DNA from: Podarcis melisellensis
Taxonomy: Eukaryota
Assembly: GCA_964234715.1 (NCBI GenBank)
Contig: OZ174284.1
Length of the DNA: 64,000 nt
Direction: 5' to 3' (one strand)
Part shown: piece by piece, positions 48,753 to 62,739 of the stretch
How the letters are laid out: each line of letters starts with the position of its first letter
How positions within the stretch are numbered: position 1 is the first letter of the stretch
The notes under the pieces: generated by a model
Seen by the model: the letters and a program-made list of their open reading frames with translations, nothing else
What the model was told of the DNA's origin: nothing
The model's database searches: none
Made by a program: the position numbers and the translations under genes

Positions 48753-50129
48753 GCCTGCAAGAGGCAATTTGAGTTTAGCATACAGAGCTTTCCTGGAAAA
48801 GAGCAGGAATGTCCCTAGCTTAATCTCAATCTGATACATATTAGTCTGGCATCTGATGCATAGGAAATAATTATATGTAGCTTTAAAGGTCTACAGAGTC
48901 CAGTGCTATTATTATACGCACGCGTCCAAAAAAAGATCCTGCAGAATCATTTGATCTGAATTAAGTAATAGGGCTTTTCTGTTAGCCCCATAGCAGAGTG
49001 CAATGGTGTGTAAGCATTATTATTATTTTGTAAGGGGCTTCCAGGAATGGTTAGGTTCCAAACACAGCATTTCGTGCTGCAGTCCCTGTGCATAGAGCTG
49101 CGCCCCCATGGAAGTGTGTTATGTGAATTCCCGAATTTCTGGAAGTAAAATAAAGCATGATTAGCTTCATCACAAGCAATAAATGCAGGGGAAGCTGATT
49201 TTGATAGTTGATTTATGTAATTATTCACAAATTACCACAAGTTCCATTTAGGGTGGCTTTTGTTCTCGAGAAATGACCTTGATGCTGATTTATGTAAATA
49301 AGAACAAATGCTGGTTTCTTTGTTGCATAGCAGTCACCTTTCAAAAGATCTGCATTTGAGCAGGCAAGAGGAGCTCAATTGCTCAGTCTTGCTCCATGCT
49401 TTCACTATATTCACTCATATGAATCTTGTCCTAGCAGAAGACATAATAGCGAAACACAACCAGCAGCTTTCTGTTCTCCCGCCCCACTGTAATCTACCTA
49501 AGCAACAATAGCAACAAAAATGAAACCAGAATTGTGTGTTAAAACACTAACATGGAACTAGAAAACTTAATTCAGTGGCTGTTCATATCTTCATTGGACT
49601 CTGTATTTAAGCTATACAAAATAAATTGGTGGGTTATTTTAATGGGATACATAGCAGAACAGTTCTCTGCAGGGGACCATTCTTCTACCAAGGAATCAGT
49701 AGCGCTTTCCCTTTCAGATTTCCTTAGGAATGGAACTGGGCAGAACAAAATGAATCCACAATAACGCTGCCAAGATGTCTACTAGCTATTGGGAAATAAC
49801 TTACAAAGCCTACACGAAATTAAAATTTTCAATGGATGCAATTGTGTATGTAAATGCTATTGAGCATCTTCCACAGCAGTGTTACTATGTTACGAAGGTG
49901 CAGTATAGATCGCTTGTGTGCACATCACTGCGCAATTCACTTCAATAGAGGGAGCGGTTTAGTTGGGAGCCGTTCATTCACACTGGAATCCTCTACAGCA
50001 GAAATAAATCAGTGCATGACAGTGGTGTTTTAAGTTTCTGTATTTCACCGATAATATAGTTTTAACTTTTTATTCTTCGCTTATATTGAGTAATCTCTAA
50101 ACACAACTACTTATTTTCCTCCTGCTTAG

Positions 50130-50221
50130 CTTTAGGACTTGTGCCCCTTGAATATGTCTTTGTGATGAAGTTTATGCTGGACGATGGAACAGGAACCCTG
50201 AATGTGTATCTCATGGATTGC
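50130..50221 (+). CDS. POT1: POT1 exon ([31 protein letters not shown])
   Basis: 92 nt. LDDGTG motif, AG/GTAAGA. Confidence 0.97.
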
Positions 50222-51173
50222 GTAAGAGACCAAAGCATTGTACTCTGAAAATGTTCAGTTTGAATATAAGTGTGTGCTTGTATATGGCTGTTCTCTTAAG
50301 CGACATGGAGAGAGGGCAGAGTTGCAGTAGAAGCAGTAAGAACTATGATCTAGTTTAAAAATGATTTAGTTAAGCTCATGTGAAATTGGATGAAAATAGC
50401 CACTTTCAGACCTTGATTTTTAGATTAAATACAGCAGCAGCAACAGACATAGCAGGCCCAACATTGAGAGGGCCTGATCCCAATGCTATATGCTGGATAC
50501 AAGCAGTTGCGCCTGTTGGTGGTCTTGACAGTGGATGACCGCTAACTTTTCTTTGCCCAGATTTGGAACATTTTGGAGCATCTGTCGTTTTAATTCCCCC
50601 CCCCCCAGTGTCTCTCTTTGGTGCTATGACATGCCACCATTCTGGAACTACAGTGCAACACACACTGTACTTGATTCCTTATGTATCCTTCTCTCGTCCC
50701 CCTTTCTCTTTCTCTTAGTTTCTCTCTCCTCCCTTCCTTTCCAGTTGAAGGAAAGGGCTAGAAAGAGTTCCTTAAAGAATTACTTGCGGAAGCTGCCATG
50801 GGATGCAGTGGTGGCCTTTAAAAGACTTGGATGGCTTTAAAAGAGAAATTAGGCAAATTCATGTGGGAAAGGGCTAATGATGGCTACTAGCCATGGTTTC
50901 TGTGTTCTGCCTCCGTGGTCACAGGCAGTACAGCCTTCTGAATATCAGCTGCTAGAAGCCACAGGAGAAGAGAGAGTGTCCTTGCGCTCAGTAAACCTAC
51001 AGGCATTTGGTTGGCTACGATGAGAACAGGATGTTGCGCTAGATAGGTCTATTGCATGATCCAGCAGACTCTTCTTGTGTTAATTTAAAATTCTCGGGGG
51101 GAGGGGAGGAATAATAATTTGTGGCCCCTTTCTACTTCGGGACAGTTTGCCCATCACTAGTTAGAATTTAAGA

Positions 51174-51528
51174 GGGACGCGGGTGGCGCTGTGGGTTAAA
51201 CCACAGAGCCTAGGATTTGCTAATCAGAAGGTCGGCAGTTCGAATCCCCGCGACGGGGTGAGCTCCTGTTGCTCGGTCCCTGCTCCTGCCAACCTAGCAG
51301 TTCGAAAGCACGTCAAAGTGCAAGTAGATAAATAAGTACCGCTCCAGCGGGAAGGTAAACGGCGTTTCCGTGCGCTGCTCTGGTTTGCCAGAAGCAGCTT
51401 AGTGATGCTGGCCACATGATCCGGAAACTCTACGCCAGCTCCCTCGTCCAATAAAGCGAGATGAGCGCCGCAACGCCAGAGTCGGTCACGACTGGACCTG
51501 ATGGTCAGGGGGTCCCTTTACCTTTACC
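51174..51528 (+). mobile_element. Sauria SINE, full length
   Basis: TSD tagttagaatttaag (15 bp). Confidence 0.95.
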
Positions 51529-51701
51529 TAGTTAGAATTTAAGCAAAGCCAAATCAGAAACAAGATGAAAAAATGTTCTTGTTCTATAAAAAATGATAGA
51601 ATGGCAGCCTACCTCCTCACAGACGAATGTGGGAAGCATGTAAAAACTTGTCAGTCTTGACATGTTTGAACAAAAATGTAAAAGTAAGGTTATTACATAT
51701 A

Positions 51702-51935
51702 CAGTGGTACCTCGGGTTAAGTACTTAATACGTTCCAGAGGTCCGTTCTTAACCTGAAACTGTTCTTAACCTGAAGCACCACTTTAGCTAATGGGGCCTC
51801 CTGCTGCCGCCGCCACACAATTTCTGTTCTCATCCTGAAGCAAAGTTCTTAACCCGAGGTACTATTTCTGGGTTAGCGGAGCCTGTAACCTGAAGCGTAT
51901 GTAACCTGAAGCGTATGTAACCTGAGGTACCACTG
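51702..51935. mobile_element. Tigger-like MITE (17605 family)
   Basis: cagtggtacctc / gaggtaccactg TIRs, TA flanks. Confidence 0.9.
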
Positions 51936-52641
51936 TAGATGGACATGAAAATTACGGGGGGAAATGTTTCCCTTTTTTTTTAAACTTACCAGTTCTTTAT
52001 ATGCTGAAGCATTGCAACAAGGTACAGCATTTTAACCTTCAAAAATATTTAGAATCTGAACCCTTCAATTACATAGAAGCTATAAAACAGAGATAATGTG
52101 ATTACATCTACTCATACCAAATAGCACTAATTGGCACCTGTAATTTCTCTTATTTTTAACTAAGTGTTGGTACATGGGTTTATAGTGCAGTAGATGAGAC
52201 TACAGAGTATTCTGTGAGTTAACTGCATATTGGTGGTAGAAATTGCTCAACATACACTTGAGACATACATTCATGTTTTATTAAGATCTAGCCTGTACAA
52301 ATGTGGTAGATTATTTCTATTTTAGCTATGAATTTTAATAAAGCTAAGGTTGGCATGAATTCCTTTGAGAGGGTGAATTTAGATTCACTTATGAGTTGGA
52401 TTAAAGTGAAGATGTTTTTTAAAAGGTGCTCCTTCTTGTTATACCAGAACGTTAAAAACAGATTTAAATATTAGGCTGCTTATGTGAATAAACAATGCTA
52501 CTCCCTTCTGTTTTTCTTTATTTGCATTGTGTTAAAAACATGAAGTGTGAAACATGTTTTTGTTACATGTAATTTTCATTTCTTTGCCAAATATCTATTG
52601 ACTAATTTAATTATATCTGCATCATTTTTCCTGTTCTCCAG

Positions 52642-52747
52642 GAAGATTTCTTCCAAATTCCAGCTTCTGAAGTCTTGTTCAATAATATTTTTCAAGAGAA
52701 CATAGAAAGAATCATGAAAAAACTTTGCCCCTCAGACACAAATCTAG
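52642..52747 (+). CDS. POT1: POT1 exon (EDFFQIPASEVLFNNIFQENIERIMKKLCPSDTNL)
   Basis: 106 nt. FFQIPASEVL motif, CAG/GTGAGA. Confidence 0.97.
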
Positions 52748-53675
52748 GTGAGATAATTATCATAAATTTGGAAGCATGGTTAAAATCTACATAAGTTTAT
52801 CTTTTTTAATTTTTACACTCTATAGGAAAGAGAATTTCTTTTCCTGCTGTACCAGAAAACTACACCGGTTTGTAGCTCTGTTCTTTTTAAAGATACAGAT
52901 GTATAATTTCTCCATTGGCTGCAATTGTGGAAACAGAGAATTTGGTACAAAGGATAACTATTCTGTACAGCATGGAACATTTAAACTGTATCCTTAAAGA
53001 GCAACCTGGCAATTTAGCAGCACTGAAAGGTGTCTTCAAATGAAGTCACAGATGGTATACTTCAGTGGCCCTTCTGTTCTCTTATATATGCTGAAACCTC
53101 ATGAAACTATCTATAAAGCCTTAAGGACCTCTGTACATTTGCCAGCCACATTTAGTCCAATTGGTTGCCAGAGTAATTTAAAGTTGCCTTTTCCTGTACA
53201 AGAATGTGACTGCCTGTATATACTTCTGAATTAAAACTGTTTGTGTTTGTTGATGACAAATGCTAGCTTCTTGTGCCTGTGTATTACTGAGCCCAGTTTC
53301 ATTGTATGAGAATATTGTGGATTGTTTTGAGATTTTTTCCTCCCCAATAGAACTTGAGAAATACATTCTGGCCTTCAGAATTTAACTGCGCATAGTGCAA
53401 ATATCTGATAGACTCAGCAACAACCATGACACTTTATTGATTTTATGCCGAATTTGGGGGGGGGGGGGAGGAGAAATGAGAAAAGTAATATCTGCCATGC
53501 TAGCAAACACAGGAACATTGATTTCACTTGGCAGCGGTTCATGTATAAGGGACATTTTTTCGATGCAGAGTGCTTCAAACAGAAGCCCAGCTGAATTTTT
53601 CATGACTCACCTAACCAAGTTTTTGTTTCACGTGAAGTAGGATAAGTGCTTTCTTTGGCATCTTAAATATGTATA

Positions 53676-53915
53676 CAGTCGTACCTTGGATCCCAAACGC
53701 CTTGTGAGTTCAATGTTTTGGCTCCCGAACGCTGCAAACCTGGAAGTGAGTGTTCCAGCTTGCAAATGTTCTTTGGAACCTGAATGTTGGATATGGCTTC
53801 CGATTGGCTGCAGGAGCTTCCTGCAGCCAATCAGAAGCCACCCTTTGGTTTCCAAGCGTTTTGGAAGTCAAATGGACTTCCGGAATGGATTCCGTTCAAC
53901 TTCCAAGGTGGATTG
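53676..53915. mobile_element. Tigger-like MITE
   Basis: cagtcgtaccttgg / ccaaggtggattg, TA flanks. Confidence 0.82.
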
Positions 53916-54139
53916 TAGTGTCTTGGTTAAGACATTGCAGTCCATGGTGCTGTTCCTTTCTGCACTACATGAATACCCTTGTATTATAGCCACACTGTAT
54001 GCGCCACTGTTTCTGTCCCACTGCTGTGATTCTGATATATGCTTAATGTTTCGAGGTCTATACAAGTTTTGTTTTTTGGGCCACAATTCTTGAATACAGA
54101 AAATGCACATTAAGACCAGTCATTTGCTTTTGATTGTAG

Positions 54140-54249
54140 ACGACTTGCCGTGGCTGGACTGTTTTATCAAATCCTACTATGTCACGGATGGAAGAGAGCA
54201 GCAAATTTGCTATCGGGTTTTTGACACTACGATTGCTGACGATGTCTGA
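54140..54249 (+). CDS. POT1: POT1 last coding exon ([36 protein letters not shown])
   Basis: 110 nt ending in TGA. Matches human PWLECFIKSY...ICYQIFDTTVAEDV. Confidence 0.97.
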
Positions 54250-56146
54250 TATCCAGCTACTTGGAATATTTAAGGGTTTGTAATGTTTGTCGATTTCATT
54301 TGAATATATAAACGATCCGGGCGATGTTGTAAGGTGTTTGCTTTTTTATTAAATGTGTAAAGAATTACTTTGTTCTGAATCAACATATAACTTAAAATGG
54401 ATTTTTTTTTTATATACTGTTGTTTGTCATGGAAAATTCACGTAAGTTCTTTGCAGTTCTCCAGGTAACACCCAAGAGTCATAACTCACAATTCCCGCCC
54501 CCTCAAAAAAGAGCTTATTAGTTTGTTATCCTCTAGTCTAGCATGACTTTCAGAGTCAAACAAAAGTCCTTAAAGAAACTTAAATGTCCTTAAACTCTTG
54601 AGCCAATCCTAAAAGCCACAGTGTGGGGCCATTCTCTAAAATGGCGCAGGCTGTCTTTGATTAGAAAATATTGTTGCAGTGCAATAGTCCATGTGCAAAA
54701 AGCTTCGGGTTATGCCACAATACAGATAGGATTTTATTAGCTTCTTATCACTGTTGAAACATACAATACGATGGCATCGCATTCAGACAGATAAGAAAAT
54801 ATCAAGAATATCAGGCACATGCATGCATACAGTACGGTAATAGTATTTGAATCTGGACTATTCTGTACATACAAAATGAGCACAAAATACCTGCCAGCTA
54901 AGTGCTGTTTGTGATGGCACTTTCAATTGTGTTTGCCTCTCAGATCATGTTGCACGTGACCCAGGCAGCTAAATTTGGTGTTGGCTACACACTCCAGCTG
55001 ATCTTCTTTTTTCCTTTGCATAATCTGATTTGGAGACCAGTTTTAGAGCCGTGGAGTTTCAGGCTAGTAAGTCACTGTACTAATTGGCTCTTAGAGTGAA
55101 ACCAATTGCTCTGGGTTTCTTTATCTGCAGTCCGGTATACATATGCTCATGCAAGACTTTAACACACAAAGTTTTCATCCAGTGGGCAAGAATTGTATTT
55201 TATTAAAATGCATTACATGCTGGCAGCTACAACACTGTATTTCAAGCCATGTAAAATATTTAATATAGTCTTCATAGTAAAATTGTCTTGATGCATACCA
55301 TGTGGCTTATTTTTTTATTATTTTTAGATAATTAAGAATAGATGGTTCTTGCAGTTGTTTGTGGACTTTTTCTATAATGGACATTATTTCTGATCCCCCA
55401 AAGCACTTAACTGCAATCTACTAAATATAAGGGCTTTGAGCTTAGTTCTTTGCCTGGGAATGTATGACTGGCAATATTTCTCAAGGCATCTGTTACTCAG
55501 CACTGTAAAAGCAATGAGAAATAGGAAAAATTAATCAGTGGGAATTAATTCTTGCAACGGAGGGGTCTTAAAATCTAGCCCTGTTGCAAGCACTTTAATC
55601 CCATTGAAATCAATGGGATTTAATGCTCGGATTAGTCAAGGGCCACAATCCCAAACTCCATGCAAGCAGACTGTCCTATTTATTATAGACTATCTGTGCA
55701 CCTGACTAAACCTAACATTCCTGAAAGTTGGAAGAAAATGGGACAGACCCTCTCTGCATAGAGCTCCGATGTATGTCAGAGCTGCTGTGCGCACAGTGGA
55801 ATCAGTGGAGTAAAAATCAATTGTGCACAATTTATGTCTGTGGAATCAGGTCCAAAAAGCTCATTTCCAAATATTTATTCCTTTGTACTTGTGCTTAATA
55901 GCTTAAGTGGATTTAAGTACAGCAACCGTAGCTTGTCAAGGCAAGCAACCTTCTGTTGCAAACGTTTTGTGTGCCTGCAACATTATTTCCTCTTGTGTTT
56001 TATTAAATGGATTATTTAAAAGCATTATTTGGCATACAATTCAGTGTGTTTTGTGTTGACTTTGTTAAACCTTTTCAGATTTATGTTTGTGTAATATAAG
56101 ATTTGGGTATGTCGGGATGTTCAGTATTGTAAATATGCACGTGTTT

Positions 56147-56166
56147 AATAAACACTTTTCATTAAA
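56147..56166 (+). terminator. Candidate distal POT1 polyadenylation signals (AATAAA 56147, ATTAAA 56161)
   Basis: Tandem hexamers after an AU/GU-rich stretch and followed by T-rich sequence. Implies a 3'UTR of about 1.9 kb. A proximal ATTAAA lies at 54348-54353. Confidence 0.5.
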
Positions 56167-57691
56167 AAAATTATTAATGTCCTTTTTAATGTTCATCTTA
56201 GATTTGTAATCTAGTTGCTCTTGGCAAATGAAAATGGACTCCAAAAGGGGAAGTTTATGTAAATGGAAGAAAGTTGGTTCTTTTTCCTCCAGCCTATTGA
56301 TGTAGAAATGTGTAGATGGGTGGGCTAGTAATATTTCATATTCTTATATGCCAGATAGGGGCTATTTGAGAACTAACTTTGTTCATCAATCCTACTGTCA
56401 ATCTGCAAATGCCTGTTTTTCCTCTGAATGCATGCACTGGGAAGTGAAAGCCCAGATCACTCCATGTGCCCAGACTTCAATAGGCACTCAAATCCCTGCT
56501 CACCCACTATAATCATGCTGTTATCAACACATGTATTAATAACAAGGGGAAGTAGGACATAAAACAGCTTCACACTTGTGAAGAAAACTGGTTTATGGTT
56601 TATATTCTGGCATATGGGTTTCTCAAGTGTAGAGACAAAAAAACGCTTCTGCTGCTTAGTATATGCTGTTGGGCCAAATTCAATGTACATACAAAGCCTT
56701 ATGCGGCTTATGACCCACATATCCAGTGGAATGCCTTCTCCCCCATTTGTGGAGCTCCTTCCCCTTCAAATGTGATCGGTATTGACGCTCATTTTCAGCA
56801 CAGATTAAAAAACATATATTTTCACCCAGACCTTTTGCTGAGCTCTGCCTCCTTTGCACAAGCTCTTTGCTTTTGTCCCTATATTGAATACTGTTGATTG
56901 TGATTTTAACTGGTTTTTTTAAATCTGTGCTGAATATTTTTGTGTTGCTGATGTAAACGACTTTAGTAGACATACTGCCTGAAAGGTCATTATTAGTATT
57001 AGTATTTTACAGTGTCCTACACTTCTAATCGACAAGTTCACACAGAGGGCATTACTGACTATATTCCTTGTGGAGCCTGTTGCTTTGGGGCATTCAAAGA
57101 AACTTGGCTCTAAGCAAATGCATGCCAACATTTTTCAAAAATACCTAGATAGGCTGATTTGCCTTGGGCTGTAGGAGCTTCATTCAATATTTTTCTTCCG
57201 TCATGACAGTGTTCAACTAGGTTTTCAGCTTTTTTAAAAAAGAAAAATGAAGCTTTCCCTCTTTGCCAATTCTCTGCAAACTCTATTTGAATCAATGCCA
57301 TTTGAACATCTATTTGCATGTAAAGGGGAAGATTGTGTGTTTACATGTCATCTCACTTTAAGACAATCCAGAATCAATGAGTAGCAGTGTAGTAATGTAT
57401 TCTGAAATGGATTAGTTTAGCAAAAACCACAGCAAAATTGGAGCCAGTAAGGCATTATGGGACAGGATGGAAGGGAGAGAAGGAAGAACACAGTAAAAGA
57501 AGGAAAACAGCCACTTGCTCACTTTCCTGGCTGCAGGAAAAAATCTGCACGTAGCCAGTGTTGTACCTTAGTAACAGCCACTTTGGGAGGAGCGTGCAAA
57601 GGCCGGGGAGGGGGGAAATTTGGAGAGGAAAGACACTGTTTATTAGGAGACCTGATAAGTAAAAGTAGCATGGCAGTTCTGTACTGTAAAG

Positions 57692-57826
57692 CAGAGATAG
57701 GGAAGCTGTGGACCTCCATTCATCGGATTCCAGTTCCCATCAGCCCCAGCCAACATGGTCAGTGGGCAGGAACTATGGAAGTTATAGTTCAGCAATACCT
57801 GGCAGGCCACAGTTTCCCCATCCCTG
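57692..57826. mobile_element. Degenerate hAT fold-back MITE
   Basis: cagagatagggaagctgtggacc / ggccacagtttccccatccctg arms. Confidence 0.65.
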
Positions 57827-58004
57827 ATGTAAACCCTGCAGGATATAGTTGGATTTACTGACGAGAAAGTATGGCTACAATAGGGTTGCAGGGCCCTGAG
57901 TTAAGCAGGCTGGAGATAATCTTAAAAAAATCTAATGTGTTAACGGTGACAACATCAACCATCAATAGGCACATCCTTTGAAGAGCAATGAAAATGATGT
58001 TCAG

Positions 58005-58354
58005 TAAAGGTAAAGGGACCCCTGACCATTAGGTCAAGTCATGACCGATTCTGGGGTTGCGGCGCTCATCTCGCTTTATTGGCCGAGGGAGCCGGCGTAA
58101 AGCTTCCGGGACATGTGGCCAGCATGACTAAGCCACTTCTGGTGAACCAGAGCAGCGCACGGAAACGCTGTTTACCTTCCCGCCGGAGCGGTACCTATTT
58201 ATCTACTTGCACTTGGACGTGCTTTTGAACTGCTAGGTTGGCAGGAGCTGGGACCGAGCAAGGGGAGCTCACCCCATCGTGGGGATTCGAACCGCCGACC
58301 TTCTGATCGGCAAATCCTAGGCTCTGTGGTTTAACCCACAGTGCCACCCGCGTC
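58005..58354 (-). mobile_element. Sauria SINE
   Basis: Near-consensus body on the minus strand. Confidence 0.93.
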
Positions 58355-60056
58355 AGTAGACTTTAGTAATTCTCATTTTATAAAAAGTTACACAGTCCTA
58401 AAACATTATTGTACGATTTTAAAAAGTTGGAAAATTCCCATTTTTTTTCTGGAGAAAAGGGCGAAAGGTTACCATCCAAAGGCAAAATTTCAAATTTCCT
58501 GGATTTTGCAAAATTTCAAATTTTGCACAAGTTCCACCCCTTTACCACTCAACCACATCCCTGGGGACATTTGCTTTTGACGTCTCTTAATGGCATCATG
58601 CCTTGCACCAAAATAACACTGTGCCCCTTTACCATGAGTCTTTGGCTTTGGGATGCTGGGAAACTAGGCAGCTTTGGCTAGGAATCCCTTGTGATATGAT
58701 AAGCATCCTTACCACACCTGAAATTTCCACATGAATAGCAACTAGCTCGCAGTGTGTTTGGTATTGCCAGTTAATAGCAAACTTTCTGACACTTTGACCC
58801 CAAAGTTAAAAGCAAAAGCAGTGCTTTTTTTCTGGGGGCTGCAGGGGTACACATACCCCTAAATATTTTATGAATCTTTGTACTTTTGTCCATTTACTGT
58901 ATTTATTTTCCTCGATTTGAAGTAAAATATGGTGATTTTCTTGACTCAAAAATGAGAGTACACCTAAACATTTTTTTAGAAAAAGAGCACTGAGCAAAAG
59001 TATACCTTATCAGCAAATTTCAAGATGTCTGAACAGCTAATATAGCTAATGATGAATTGGGTAATTCAAAATGCAACACTGAGCAGTAGTGTAAAGGAAG
59101 AAAAATGCTTATGAAGCCAGAATGGTTCTCTGAATGCACACCTGTATCTGCTTCCGTGTACATCGTCAGTGCCATGTTAAAATAACCACACAGTAAAGGA
59201 CATTTGATTACGACTACAAATATTATGAACGGCAGCCAGCCTAAATGCAGAGCATTTTCCTTTTGATGGGATTTCGGGCACCAACACATTACCGAAAGCT
59301 TAAAGAGCATATTTGTCCTTTTAATACCTGCACATAATTTCATCTAGTGGGCAGCTGGCTTTAATGGGATTTAGACATTTTCATCAGGAAGAGAATTTAG
59401 CATCCAGGCCTAAATAACACAAATAATCCACCTGACGTACAGAATGGAACATAAAAGAAGAATCTGAATGCCAAATCACAGTTCCAGAAATGAGAAAAAA
59501 CCTGTTGCTATTTATTGCCAAGTGATGCTTGCAAGATGGAAGCAGAAGCTGTCTTAGCATCATTTCTCTAGGTGTTTGCCTTGCGTGGAAATTGTAAAAT
59601 ACCGATCCATTGCGAGAGAGATTTCTTTATTTACTTGCGAAGACACAGTGGCAGAGCTGTCGAGCATCGTGATCATTCTGTAAGTCCAATCACATCTTGC
59701 CACAGGGAATGCTTTTCAAAAAGATTCTCTCAGTTCTCTGTTTACAGAGCTTCTGGTCTTGACACCTTCACACCTGTAACTCCGAAGCAGCAGGGGAAAT
59801 TGCTCTAAAGGAAAATATGTATATAACTTCCAGGTTTGTGCTAGATACGGAAACGTCTCAAAAGCTGTATGTGGCGTTTCCCACATAGTCTGCACATCTA
59901 TCATACAGCCCAAAAAGAATTTTCCCCTTCTACAGAATCCCAGGAATGGTCGTTTGTTAAGGGTGCTGGGAATTATAGCTCTGTGAGAAGAAATTGACAG
60001 TTCCCAGGGTTCAGGGGGTGCTTAAAGGTGCTTTAAATGTAAATGTATTGGGAGCA

Positions 60057-60506
60057 GCTGCCAAGACCACGTAACACCAGTCTTGAAAGACCTACCTTAG
60101 CTCCCAGTACATTTCTGAGCACAAGTGCTGGTGCTGACCTTTAAAGCCCTAAATGGCCTCTGCCCACTATACCTGAAGGATCATCTCCACCCCCATCTTT
60201 CAGCCCGGACACGGAGGTCCAGCTCCGAGGGCCTTCTGGTGGTTCCCTCACTGTGAGAAGCGAAGCTACAGGGAACCAGGCAGAGGGCCTTCTCAGTAGT
60301 GGCACCCGCCCTGTGGACCACCCTCCCATCAGATGTCAAAGAAATAAACAAATATCTGACGTTTAGACGACATCTGGAAGCAGCCCTGTTTAGGGAAGTT
60401 TTTAATGACTGATGTTTTAATGTATTTTTAATCTTTTGTTGGAAGCCGCCCAGAGTGGCTGGGGAAACCCAGCCAGATGGACGGGGTATTAACAACAACA
60501 ACAACA
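60057..60506 (+). mobile_element. L2 LINE 3' fragment
   Basis: VLVLTFKALNGL..., same family as 45680, (aac)n tail. Confidence 0.88.
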
Positions 60507-61003
60507 GTTGTTGTTATGTGTACACAGTCATAGTTTGCTCCTGAGTGCAAACTTTTCCTTCAGCAAATTGCCAGTGCGGGCTGTGGTGGGGAGAAGGAAA
60601 GGAAACAGAAATCTGAATTGGGACCCTGGCATAGGATGGGGGCGGGCTTTAACTCTTTGCCTTTCCTGTAGTTGCGATCCAGACTGGGCCCTGGGCCTGC
60701 AGTTTCCAAATGAGGGGGGAAATTGCCATCAGCTCTAATGGCAAATTTATTCTAATTCAAATGGCAGAGGCAGCAGGGAGGTCAATTTTGGTGACGATGT
60801 TCATAGCTCAGTGACAACAAATGGATTCCTTGCAGGACCACAGTGATCGCTCATTGCGGCCTTAGTAGCTTCCTTGGGAAGTACAATACAATGGCTCCTT
60901 GTGACATTTCTAGATGTGTCCCATAACAATATGTAATAGAAAGTATCATGTCACTACAACAAAACAAGAAAGACAACAGTTCATTCTGCATACATCAACA
61001 TTT

Positions 61004-61425
61004 GTTGTTGTTTAGTCCTGTCCGACTCTTCATGACCCCATGGACCAGAGCACGCCAGGCACTCCTGTCTTCCACTGCCTCCCGCAGTTTGGTCAAACTC
61101 ATGCTGGTAGCTTCGAGAACACTATCCAGCCATCTCGTCCTCTGTCGTCCCCTTCTCCTTGTGCTCTCCATCTTTCCCAGCATCAGGGTCTTTTCCAGGA
61201 GTCTTCTCTTCTCATGAGGTGGCCAAAGTATTGGAGCCTCAGCTTCACGATCTGTCCTTCCAGTGAGCACTCAGGGCTGATTTCCTTCAGAATGGAGAGG
61301 TTTGATCTTCTTGCAGCCCATAGGACTCTCAAGAGTCTCCTCCAGCACCATAATTCAAAAGCATCAATTCTTCGGTGATCAGCCTTCTTTATGGTCCAAC
61401 TCTCACTTCCATACATCACTACTGG
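61004..61425 (-). mobile_element. BovB (RTE) LINE 3' fragment
   Basis: MYGSESWTIKKA.HRRIDAFELWCWRRLLRV motif. 12-bp TSD acatcaacattt (60992-61003 / 61426-61437). Confidence 0.94.
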
Positions 61426-62292
61426 ACATCAACATTTAAGTGAGCTCAAAGCTCACCAGTAGGTCAGGTAAACATAACTATAATAACTTCACATCCAAAA
61501 GTAGCCCCAAAGCTCTTTTGGCCTGGAACTATTTGGTGTAAAAGTAATCTCTGCATATAAGCTTCCAAACCCACACAGCCATGTTGGACTATAAAGGAGC
61601 ACATTAATCATACTTCATGTTGGCTGGAATCCAAAGAGCTACCATAGATTCACATGAGGGTCCTCCAGCTCTGTAGAATTGCTTTAATAGCCCACCACTG
61701 TGCCACATTGCAAACTTGTTTTTGAAATTCTCAGTTTCAAAAGCAGCTTGCCAAAGGATACTGTTCAGGAAAAGCAAGATGTAAAGCTCCTTTTGGGCTT
61801 GCATAACTAGTTTCATGGTTTTTGGATCCTGGCAACTGACTCCAGTGAGTCTGGACTGAAAGTTCTCATTCAAATCCTCAGAGAAATGCGGAAAAAACTT
61901 CTAATCAGAGATTTCCTGTGCTTTATAAGATGCAATCAATTAGGCAGCCTTGGAAGTGAACAGTCACTTCACCTTGAGTATCGACACACACACAAGTAAC
62001 TGAAAATTGAGGGATGGCATAATATTTACATAAGCAATCATCTGAAATGTAAATGAAAGGTAAGCACTTCTATCAAAAAATGGCTGCTTGAAAACGAATC
62101 ATTCTTTTCATATGCTACCCCAATATATGTTGGCACTCAAACTCTGCTGAGAATGTTAAAAGTCCATCAAATTCCTCAGTTGCCTCGCTGAAAAATTCAT
62201 TTCAAAGGCAGTGGAAGAAACAACAAGGGAGGTCATCTCTCTTAGACCTGGGCCTTACCAACAGGAAGGAGATTTTTTATGAAATGAAAGTA

Positions 62293-62544
62293 CAGTAGTA
62301 CCTTGGTCTAAGAACAGCTTAGTTTATGAACAACTTGGATTAAGAACGCTGCAAACCTGGAAGTAGGTGTTTTGGTTTGCGGCCTTTGCCTTGGAATAAG
62401 AACATGTTCCGCTTCCTGCTGAGTGTGTTCCATTTGTAAATTGAGTCCCCTGCTGCTATGGGAAAGCACGCCTTGGTTTAAGAATGCTTTGGTTTAAGAA
62501 CAGACTTCTGGAATGGATTAAGTTCATAAACCAAGGTACCACTA
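62293..62544. mobile_element. Tigger-like MITE
   Basis: cagtagtaccttgg / ccaaggtaccacta, TA flanks. Confidence 0.8.
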
Positions 62545-62739
62545 TACAAGGAACCTTCGGAGGAAGTGTTCATGTCCTCTTGGGTTTCATTATACAGAGT
62601 TAAAGGATAGCTGAGTATAGTTGGACGTGCACTTTGGCATTTACAGATGAACTGAGATATAAGAAATGGAAGAAAGAAGGAAAAGTATACAGGAGTAGCC
62701 AACAGTTGCAGGGAGAAGGTCAGGTGGGCCAAATCTCAG

